Below, piece after piece: positions 1 to 11,200 of a DNA stretch of 64,000 nt. This DNA comes from Auanema rhodensis. Lineage: Eukaryota; Animalia; Nematoda. Position 1 is the stretch's first letter, and each line of letters starts with the position of its first letter. The stretch lies in contig OZ059898.1 of the NCBI GenBank assembly GCA_964057225.1, positions 17,980,001 to 18,044,000 on the forward strand, given 5' to 3'. A model generated the notes under the pieces. The model saw only the letters and a list, made by a program, of their open reading frames with translations, did not search any database and had not been told where the DNA came from. The position numbers and the translations under genes are program-made.

Positions 1-28
1 CGTGATGTGCACTTGGTATGTAACTCGC

Positions 29-38
29 TTCACGTGAA
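29..38. repeat. Perfect 10-bp palindrome TTCACGTGAA (CACGTG E-box core), in most monomers
   Basis: Read directly from the sequence. Protein binding is not demonstrated. Confidence 0.85.
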
Positions 39-55
39 AGATAAAGAGATGCGGT

Positions 56-139
56 TTTCAAAATTAGATTCCTCATGTCCATATTAGTCTAAAAACGAAT
101 TTTTATTGATATTGATGCATGGTAACCATGACTTTGAAA
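56..139. repeat. Degenerate inverted repeat within each monomer (axis at monomer position 97.5); first copy shown
   Basis: In the consensus, TTTCAAA(56-62)/TTTGAAA(133-139), CCATG(73-77)/CATGG(118-122) and TAAAAA(90-95)/TTTTTA(100-105) all pair with coordinate sum 195. 24 of 40 positions are complementary without gaps. Confidence 0.7.
118..130. repeat. 13-bp interrupted palindrome CATGGT-A-ACCATG, in most monomers
   Basis: Read directly from the sequence; contains GGTNACC. It is broken in the C118G and T123C monomer types. Confidence 0.85.
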
Positions 140-167
140 TTTACGTGAACTTTAATTTATGCTAATT

Positions 168-190
168 AAGTGTACACGTGATGTGCACTT
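168..190. repeat. Monomer-junction hairpin AAGTGTACA-CGTGA-TGTGCACTT (8/9-bp stem), repeated every 176 bp
   Basis: The reverse complement of the right arm, AAGTGCACA, differs from the left arm AAGTGTACA at one position. The segment also contains the palindromes GTGTACAC, CACGTG and GTGCAC. Confidence 0.8.
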
Positions 191-3100
191 GGTATGTAAC
201 TCGCTTCACGTGAAAGATAAAGAGATGCGGTTTTCAAAATTAGATTTCGCATGTCCATCTTAGTCTAAAAACAAATTTTTATTGATATTGGTGCATGGTA
301 ACCATGACTTTGAAATTTACGTGAACTTTAATTTATGCTAATTAAGTGTACACGTGATGTGCACTTGGTATGTAACTCGCTTCACGTGAAAGATAAAGAG
401 ATGCGGTTTTCAAAATTAGATTCTTCATGTCCATATTAGTCTAAAAACGAATTTTTATTGATATTGATGCATGGTAACCATGACTTTGAAATTTACGTGA
501 ACTTTAATTTATGCTTATTAAGTGTACACGTGATGTGCACTTGGTATGTAACTCGCTTCACGTCAAAGATAAAGAGATGCGGTTTTCAAATTTAGATTCC
601 CCATGTCCATATTAGTCTAAAAACAAATTTTTATTGATATTGGTGCATGGTAACTATGACTTTGAAATTTACGTGAACTTTAATTTATGCTAATTAAGTG
701 TACACATGATGTGCACTTGGTATGTAACTCGCTTCACGTCAAAGATAAAGAGATGCGGTTTTCAAAATTAGATTTCGCATGTCCATATTAGTCTAAAAAC
801 AAATTTTTATTGATATTGGTGCATGGCAACCATGACTTTAAAATTTACGTGTACTTTAATTTATGCTAATTAAGTGTACACATGATGTGCACTTGGTATG
901 TAACTCGCTTCACGTCAAAGATAAAGAGATGCGGTTTTCAAAATTAGATTCCTCATGTCCATATTAGTCTAAAAACAAATTTTTATTGGTATTGGTGCAT
1001 GGCAACCATGACTTTTAAATTTACGTGTACTTCAATTTATGCTAATTAAGTGTACACATGATGTGCACTTGGTATGTAACTCGCTTCACGTCAAAGATAA
1101 AGAGATGCGGTTTTCAAAATTAGATTTCGCATGTCCATATTAGTCTAAAAACAAATTTTTATTGATATTGGTGCATGGCAACCATGACTTTTAAATTTAC
1201 GTGTACTTTAATTTATGCTAATTAAGTGTACACGTGATGTGCACTTGGTATGTAACTCGCTTCACGTGAAAGATAAAGAGATGCGGTTTTCAAAATTAGA
1301 TTCCTCATGTCCATATTAGTCTAAAAACGAATTTTTATTGATATTGATGCATGGTAACCATGACTTTGAAATTTACGTGAACTTTAATTTATGCTAATTA
1401 AATGTACACGTGATGTGCACTTGGTATGTAACTCGCTTCACGTGAAAGATAAAGAGATGCGGTTTTCAAAATTAGATTCCCCATGTCCATATTAGTCTAA
1501 AAACAAATTTTTGTTGATATTGGTGGATGGTAACCATGACTTTGAAATTTACGTGAACTTTAATTTATGCTAATTAAGTGTACACGTGATGTGCACTTGG
1601 TATGTAACTCGCTTCACGTGAAAGATAAAGAGATGCGGTTTTCAAAATTAGATTCCTCATGTCCATATTAGTCTAAAAACGAATTTTTATTGATATTGAT
1701 GAATGGTAACCATGACTTTGAAATTCACGTGAACTTTAATTTATGCTTATTAAGTGTACACGTGATGTGCACTTGGTATGTAACTCGCTTCAAGTGAAAG
1801 ATAAAGAGATGCGGTTTTCAAAATTAGATTCCCCATGTCCATATTAGTCTAAAAACAAATTTTTATTGATATTGGTGCATGGTAACTATGACTTTGAAAT
1901 TTACGTGAACTTTAATTTATGCTAATTAAGTGTACACATGATGTGCACTTGGTATGTAACTCGCTTCACGTCAAAGATAAAGAGATGCGGTTTTCAAAAT
2001 TAGATTTCGCATGTCCATATTAGTCTAAAAACAAATTTTTATTGATATTGATGCATGGTAACCATGACTTTGAAATTTACGTGAACTTTAATTTATGCTA
2101 ATTAAGTGTACACGTGATGTGCACTTGGTATGTAACTCGCTTCACGTGAAAGATAAAGAGATGCGGTTTTCAAAATTAGATTTCGCATGTCCATATTAGT
2201 CTAAAAACAAATTTTTATTGATATTGGTGCATGGCATCCATGACTTTAAAATTTACGTGTACTTTAATTTATGCTAATTAAGTGTACACGTGATGTGCAC
2301 TTGGTATGTAACTCGCTTCACGTGAAAGATAAAGAGATGCGGTTTTCAAAATTAGATTTCGCATGTCCATATTAGTCTAAAAACAAATTTTTATTGATAT
2401 TGGTGCATGGCAACCATGACTTTAAAATTTACGTGTACTTTAATTTATGCTAATTAAGTGTACACATGATGTGCACTTGGTATGTAACTCGCTTCACGTC
2501 AAAGATAAAGAGATGCGGTTTTCAAAATTAGATTTCGCATGTCCATATTAGTCTAAAAACAAATTTTTATTGATATTGGTGCATGGTAACCATGACTTTG
2601 AAATTTACGTGAACTTTAATTTATGCTAATTAAGTGTACACGTGATGTGCACTTGGTATGTAACTCGTTTCACGTGAAAGATAAAGAGATGCGGTTTTCA
2701 AAATTAGATTCCCCATGTCCATATTAGTCTAAAAACAAATTTTTATTGATATTGGTGCATGGCAACCATGACTTTAAAGTTTACGTGTACTTTAATTTAT
2801 GCTAATTAAGTGTACACATGATGTGCACTTGGTATGTAACTCGCTTCACGTCAAAGATAAAGAGATGCGGTTTTCAAAATTAGATTTCGCATGTCCATAT
2901 TAGTCTAAAAACAAATTTTTATTGATATTGGTGCATGGCAACCATGACTTTAAAGTTTACGTGTACTTTAATTTATGCTAATTAAGTGTACACATGATGT
3001 GCACTTGGTATGTAACTCGCTTCACGTGAAAGATAAAGAGATGCGGTTTTCAAAATTAGATTCCTCATGTCCATATTAGTCTAAAAACAAATTTTTATTG

Positions 3101-5280
3101 GTATTGGTGCATGGCAACCATGACTTTTAAATTTACGTGTACTTCAATTTATGCTAATTAAGTGTACACGTGATGTGCACTTGGTATGTAACTCGCTTCA
3201 CGTGAAAGATAAAGAGATGCGGTTTTCAAAATTAGATTCCTCATGTCCATATTAGTCTAAAAACGAATTTTTATTGATATTGATGCATGGTAACCATGAC
3301 TTTGAAATTTACGTGAACTTTAATTTATGCTAATTAAATGTACACGTGATGTGCACTTGGTATGTAACTCGCTTCACGTGAAAGATAAAGAGATGCGGTT
3401 TTCAAAATTAGATTCCCCATGTCCATATTAGTCTAAAAACAAATTTTTGTTGATATTGGTGGATGGTAACTATGACTTTGAAATTTACGTGAACTTTAAT
3501 TTATGCTAATTAAGTGTACACGTGATGTGCACTTGGTATGTAACTCGCTTCACGTGAAAGATAAAGAGATGCGGTTTTCAAAATTAGATTCCTCATGTCC
3601 ATATTAGTCTAAAAACGAATTTTTATTGATATTGATGCATGGTAACCATGACTTTGAAATTTACGTGAACTTTAATTTATGCTAATTAAGTGTACACGTG
3701 ATGTGCACTTGGTATGTAACTCGCTTCACGTGAAAGATAAAGAGATGCGGTTTTCAAAATTAGATTCCTCATGTCCATATTAGTCTAAAAACGAATTTTT
3801 ATTGATATTGATGAATGGTAACCATGACTTTGAAATTCACGTGAACTTTAATTTATGCTTATTAAGTGTACACGTGATGTGCACTTGGTATGTAACTCGC
3901 TTCAAGTGAAAGATAAAGAGATGCGGTTTTCAAAATTAGATTCCCCATGTCCATATTAGTCTAAAAACAAATTTTTATTGATATTGGTGCATGGTAACTA
4001 TGACTTTGAAATTTACGTGAACTTTAATTTATGCTAATTAAGTGTACACATGATGTGCACTTGGTATGTAACTCGCTTCACGTCAAAGATAAAGAGATGC
4101 GGTTTTCAAAATTAGATTTCGCATGTCCATATTAGTCTAAAAACAAATTTTTATTGATATTGATGCATGGTAACCATGACTTTGAAATTTACGTGAACTT
4201 TAATTTATGCTAATTAAGTGTACACGTGATGTGCACTTGGTATGTAACTCGCTTCACGTGAAAGATAAAGAGATGCGGTTTTCAAAATTAGATTTCGCAT
4301 GTCCATATTAGTCTAAAAACAAATTTTTATTGATATTGGTGCATGGCATCCATGACTTTAAAATTTACGTGTACTTTAATTTATGCTAATTAAGTGTACA
4401 CGTGATGTGCACTTGGTATGTAACTCGCTTCACGTGAAAGATAAAGAGATGCGGTTTTCAAAATTAGATTTCGCATGTCCATATTAGTCTAAAAACAAAT
4501 TTTTATTGATATTGGTGCATGGCAACCATGACTTTAAAATTTACGTGTACTTTAATTTATGCTAATTAAGTGTACACATGATGTGCACTTGGTATGTAAC
4601 TCGCTTCACGTCAAAGATAAAGAGATGCGGTTTTCAAAATTAGATTTCGCATGTCCATATTAGTCTAAAAACAAATTTTTATTGATATTGGTGCATGGTA
4701 ACCATGACTTTGAAATTTACGTGAACTTTAATTTATGCTAATTAAGTGTACACGTGATGTGCACTTGGTATGTAACTCGTTTCACGTGAAAGATAAAGAG
4801 ATGCGGTTTTCAAAATTAGATTCCCCATGTCCATATTAGTCTAAAAACAAATTTTTATTGATATTGGTGCATGGCAACCATGACTTTAAAGTTTACGTGT
4901 ACTTTAATTTATGCTAATTAAGTGTACACATGATGTGCACTTGGTATGTAACTCGCTTCACGTCAAAGATAAAGAGATGCGGTTTTCAAAATTAGATTTC
5001 GCATGTCCATATTAGTCTAAAAACAAATTTTTATTGATATTGGTGCATGGTAACCATGACTTTGAAATTTACGTGTACTTTAATTTATGCTAATTAAGTG
5101 TACACATGATGTGCACTTGGTATGTAACTCGCTTCACGTCAAAGATAAAGAGATGCGGTTTTCAAAATTAGATTCCTCATGTCCATATTAGTCTAAAAAC
5201 AAATTTTTATTAATATTGGTGCATGGTAACCATGACTTTGAAATTTATGTGAACTTTAATTTATGCTAATTAAGTGTACA

Positions 5281-8200
5281 CATGATGTGCACTTGGTATG
5301 TAACTCGCTTCACGTGAAAGATAAAGAGATGCGGTTTTCAAAATTAGATTCCTCATGTCCATATTAGTCTAAAAACGAATTTTTATTGATATTGATGCAT
5401 GGTAATCATGACTTTGAAATTTTCGTGAACTTTAATTTATGCTTATTAAGTGTACACGTGATGTGCACTTGGTATGTAACTCGCTTCACGTGAAAGATAA
5501 AGGGATGCGGTTTTCAAAATTAGATTCCCCATGTCCATATTAGTCTAAAAACAAATTTTTGTTGATATTGGTGGATGGTAACCATGACTTTGAAATTTAC
5601 GTGAACTTTAATTTATGCTAATTAAGTGTACACGTGATGTGCACTTGGTATGTAACTCGCTTCACGTGAAAGATAAAGAGATGCGATTTTCAAAATTAGA
5701 TTTCGCATGTCCATATTAGTCTAAAAACGAATTTTTATTGATATTGGTGCATGGTAACCATGACTTTGAAATTTACGTGAACTTTAATTTATGCTAATTA
5801 AGTGTACACGTGATGTGCACTTGGTATGTAACTCGCTTCACGTGAAAGATAAAGAGATGCGGTTTTCAAAATTAGATTCCCCATGTCCATATTAGTCTAA
5901 AAACAAATTTTTATTGATATTGGTGCATGGTAACCATGACTTTGAAATTTACGTGAACTTTAATTTATGCTAATTAAGTGTACACGTGAAGTGCACTTGG
6001 TATGTAACTCGCTTCACGTGAAAGATAAAGAGATGCGGTTTTCAAAATTAGATTCCTCATGTCCATATTAGTCTAAAAACAAATTTTTATTGATATTGGT
6101 GCATGGTAACCATGACTTTGAAATTTACGTGAACTTTAATTTATGCTAATTAAGTGTACACATGATGTGCACTCGGTATGTAACTCGCTTCACGTGAAAG
6201 ATAAAGAGATGCGGTTTTCAAAATTAGATTCCGCATGTCCATATTAGTCTAAAAACAAATTTTTATTGATATTGGTGCATGGTAACCATGACTTTGAAAT
6301 TTACGTGAACTTTAATTTATGCTAATTAAGTGTACACGTGATGTGCACTTGGTATGTAACTCGCTTCACGTGAAAGATAAAGAGATGCGGTTTCCAAAAT
6401 TAGATTTCGCATGTCCATATTAGTCTAAAAACAAATTTTTGTTGATATTTGTGGATGGTAACCATGACTTTGAAATTTACGTGAACTTTAATTTATGCTA
6501 ATTAAGTGTACACGTGATGTGCACTTGGTATGTAACTCGCTTCACGTGAAAGAGGAAGAGATGCGGTTTTCAAAATTAGGTTCCCCATGTCCATATTAGT
6601 CTAAAAACAAATTTTTATTGATATTGGTGCATGGTAACCATGACTTTGAAATTTACGTGAACTTTAATTTATGCTAATTAAGTGTACACGTGAAGTGCAC
6701 TTGGTATGTAACTCGTTTCACGTGAAAGATAAAGAGATGCGGTTTTCAAAATTAGATTCCCCATGACCATATTAGTCTAAAAACAAATTTTTATTGATAT
6801 TGGTGCATGGTAACCATGACTTTGAAATTTACGTGAATTTTAATTTATGCTAATTAAGTGTACACATGATGTGCACTCGGTATGTAACTCGCTTCACGTG
6901 AAAGATAAAGAGATGCGGTTTTCAAAATTAGATTCCGCATGTCCATATTAGTCTAAAAACAAATTTTTATTGATATTGGTGCATGGTAACCATGACTTTG
7001 AAATTTACGTGAACTTTAATTTATGCTAATTAAGTGTACACGTGATGTGCACTTGGTATGTAACTCGCTTCACGTGAAAGATAAAGAGATGCGGTTTCCA
7101 AAATTAGATTTCGCATGTCCATATTAGTCTAAAAACAAATTTTTATTGATATTGGTGCATGGTAACCATGACTTTGAAATTTACGTGAACTTTAATTTAT
7201 GCTAATTAAGTGTACACATGATGTGCACTCGGTATGTAACTCGCTTCACGTGAAAGATAAAGAGATGCGGTTTTCAAAATTAGATTCCGCATGTCCATAT
7301 TAGTCTAAAAACAAATTTTTATTGATATTGGTGCATGGTAACCATGACTTTGAAATTTACGTGAACTTTAATTTATGCTAATTAAGTGTACACGTGATGT
7401 GCACTTGGTATGTAACTCGCTTCACGTGAAAGATAAAGAGATGCGGTTTCCAAAATTAGATTTCGCATGTCCATATTAGTCTAAAAACAAATTTTTGTCG
7501 ATATTTGTGGATGGTAACCATGACTTTGAAATTTACGTGAACTTTAATTTATGCTAATTAAGTGTACACGTGATGTGCACTTGGTATGTAACTCGCTTCA
7601 CGTGAAAGATGAAGAGATGCGGTTTTCAAAATTAGGTTCCCCATGTCCATATTAGTCTAAAAACAAATTTTTATTGATATTGGTGCATGGTAACCATGAC
7701 TTTGAAATTTACGTGAACTTTAATTTATGCTAATTAAGTGTACACGTGAAGTGCACTTGGTATGTAACTCGCTTCACGTGAAAGATAAAGAGATGCGGTT
7801 TTCAAAATTAGATTCCCCATTACCATATTAGTCTAAAAACAAATTTTTATTGATATTGGTGCATGGTAACCATGACTTTGAAATTTACGTGAACTTTAAT
7901 TTATGCTAATTAAGTGTACACATGATGTGCACTCGGTATGTAACTCGCTTCACGTGAAAGATAAAGAGATGCGGTTTTCAAAATTAGATTCCGCATGTCC
8001 ATATTAGTCTAAAAACAAATTTTTATTGATATTGGTGCATGGTAACCATGACTTTGAAATTTACGTGAACTTTAATTTATGCTTATTAAGTGTACACGTG
8101 ATGTGCACTTGGTATGTAACTCGCTTCACGTGAAAGATAAAGGGATGCGGTTTTCAAAATTAGATTCCCCATGTCCATATTAGTCTAAAAACAAATTTTT

Positions 8201-11200
8201 GTTGATATTGGTGGATGGTAACCATGACTTTGAAATTTACGTGAACTTTAATTTATGCTAATTAAGTGTACACGTGATGTGCACTTGGTATGTAACTCGC
8301 TTCACGTGAAAGATGAAGAGATGCGGTTCTCAAAATTAGGTTCCCCATGTCCATATTAGTCTAAAAACAAATTTTTGTTGATATTGGTGGATGGTAACCA
8401 TGACTTTCAAATTTACGTGAACTTTAATTTATGCTAATTAAGTGTACACATGATGTGCACTTGGTATGTAACTCGCTTCACGTGAAAGATAAAGAGATGC
8501 GGTTTTCAAAATTAGATTTCGCATGTCCATATTAGTCTAAAAACAAATTTTTATTGATATTGGTGCATGGTAACCATGACTTTGAAATTTACGTGAACTT
8601 TAATTTATGCTAATTAAGTGTACACGTGATGTGCTCTTGGTATGTAACTCGCTTCACGTGAAAGATAAAGAGATGCGGTTTTCAAAATTAGATTCCCCAT
8701 GTCCATATTAGTCTAAAAACAAATTTTTATTGATATTGGTGCATGGTAACCATGACTTTGAAATTTACGTGAACTTTAATTTATGCTAATTAAGTGTACA
8801 CGTGAAGTGCACTTGGTATGTAACTCGCTTCACGTGAAAGATAAAGAGATGCGGTTTTCAAAATTAGATTCCCCATGTCCATATTAGTCTAAAAACAAAT
8901 TTTTGTTGATATTTGTGGATGGTAACCATGACTTTGAAATTTACGTGAACTTTAATTTATGCTAATTAAGTGTACACGTGAAGTGCACTTGGTATGTAAC
9001 TCGCTTCACGTGAAAGATAAAGAGATGCGATTTTCAAAATTAGATTTCGCATGTCCATATTAGTCTAAAAACAAATTTTTATTGATATTGGTGCATGGTA
9101 ACCATGACTTTGAAATTTACGTGAACTTTAATTTATGCTAATTAAGTGTACACATGATGTGCACTTGGTATGTAACTCGCTTCACGTGAAAGATAAAGAG
9201 ATGCGGTTTTCAAAATTAGATTTCGCATGTCCATATTAGTCTAAAAACAAATTTTTATTGATATTGGTGCATGGTAACCATGACTTTGAAATTTACGTGA
9301 ACTTTAATTTATGCTAATTAAGTGTACACGTGATGTGCACTTGGTATGTAACTCGCTTCACGTGAAAGATAAAGAGATGCGGTTTCCAAAATTAGATTTC
9401 GCATGTCCATATTAGTCTAAAAACAAATTTTTGTTGATATTTGTGGATGGTAACCATGACTTTGAAATTTACGTGAACTTTAATTTATGCTAATTAAGTG
9501 TACACGTGAAGTGCACTTGGTATGTAACTCGCTTCACGTGAAAGATAAAGAGATGCGATTTTCAAAATTAGATTTCGCATGTCCATATTAGTCTAAAAAC
9601 AAATTTTTATTGATATTGGTGCATGGTAACCATGACTTTGAAATTTACGTGAACTTTAATTTATGCTAATTAAGTGTACACGTGAAGTGCACTTGGTATG
9701 TAACTCGCTTCACGTGAAAGATAAAGAGATGCGGTTTTCAAAATTAGATTCCCCATGACCATATTAGTCTAAAAACAAATTTTTATTGATATTGGTGCAT
9801 GGTAACCATGACTTTGAAATTTACGTGAACTTCAATTTATGCTAATTAAGTGTACACGTGATGTGCACTTGGTATGTAACTCGCTTCACGTGAAAGATAA
9901 AGAGATGCGGTTTTCAAAATTAGATTCCGCATGTCCATATTAGTCTAAAAACAAATTTTTATTGATATTGGTGCATGGTAACCATGACTTTGAAATTTAC
10001 GTGAACTTTAATTTATGCTAATTAAGTGTACACGTGATGTGCACTTGGTATGTAACTCGCTTCACGTGAAAGATAAAGAGATGCGGTTTCCAAAATTAGA
10101 TTTCGCATGTCCATATTAGTCTAAAAACAAATTTTTATTGATATTGGTGCATGGTAACCATGACTTTGAAATTTACGTGAACTTCAATTTATGCTAATTA
10201 AGTGTACACGTGATGTGCACTTGGTATGTAACTCGCTTCACGTGAAAGATAAAGAGATGCGGTTTTCAAAATTAGATTCCCCATGTTTATATTAGTCTAA
10301 AAACAAATTTTTATTGATATTGGTGCATGGCAACCATGACTTTAAAATCTACGAGTACTTTAATTTATGCTAATTAAGTGTACACATGATGTGCACTTGG
10401 TATGTAACTCGCTTCACGTGAAAGATAAAGAGATGCGGTTTTCAAAATTAGATTCCTCATGTCCATATTAGTCTAAAAACGAATTTTTATTGATATTGAT
10501 GCATGGTAACCATGACTTTGAAATTTACGTGAACTTTAATTTATGCTTATTAAGTGTACACGTGATGTGCACTTGGTATGTAACTCGCTTCACGTGAAAG
10601 ATAAAGGGATGCGGTTTTCAAAATTAGATTCCCCATGTCCATATTAGTCTAAAAACAAATTTTTGTTGATATTGGTGGATGGTAACCATGACTTTGAAAT
10701 TTACGTGAACTTTAATTTATGCTAATTAAGTGTACACGTGATGTGCACTTGGTATGTAACTCGCTTCACGTGAAAGATGAAGAGATGCGGTTTTCAAAAT
10801 TAGGTTCCCCATGTCCATATTAGTCTAAAAACAAATTTTTATTGATATTGGTGGATGGTAACCATGACTTTCAAATTTACGTGAACTTTAATTCATGCTA
10901 ATTAAGTGTACACATGATGTGCACTTGGTATGTAACTCGCTTCACGTGAAAGATAAAGAGATGCGGTTTTCAAAATTAGATTTCGCATGTCCATATTAGT
11001 CTAAAAACAAATTTTTATTGATATTGGTGCATGGTAACCATGACTTTGAAATTTACGTGAACTTTAATTTATGCTAATTAAGTGTACACGTGATGTGCAC
11101 TTGGTATGTAACTCGCTTCACGTGAAAGATAAAGAGATGCGGTTTTCAAAATTAGATTCCCCATGTCCATATTAGTCTAAAAACAAATTTTTATTGATAT

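Larger units (their letters stand above)
1..5280 (+). repeat. Left sub-domain (monomers 1-30), rich in G36C and T123C/G136A/A148T variants
   Basis: CACGTCAAAG and GGCAACCATGACTTTAAAATTTACGTGTAC are frequent. The core markers (T14C, T58C, A43G+A68G, T6A) were not seen here. Confidence 0.8.

Noticed and set aside
1-176. Assignment to a named satellite (Brassica CentBr 176 bp, honey-bee AluI 176 bp, Arabidopsis 178 bp, alpha satellite)
   Set aside because: Only the length agrees. The consensus has no AGCT or AAGCTT site and I recognise no sequence similarity. A BLASTN or Dfam search is needed.
1-176. CENP-B box
   Set aside because: The core TTCG-N4-A-N2-CGGG is absent; the consensus has no CGGG or CCCG.
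1-176. Tandem RNA gene (5S rRNA, tRNA, snRNA, spliced leader)
   Set aside because: No recognisable conserved RNA sequence, cloverleaf or Pol III A/B/C boxes. An Infernal/Rfam scan would confirm.
6576-6580. TTAGG telomere-like motif in A68G monomers
   Set aside because: It is a single pentamer created by one substitution and is never tandem.
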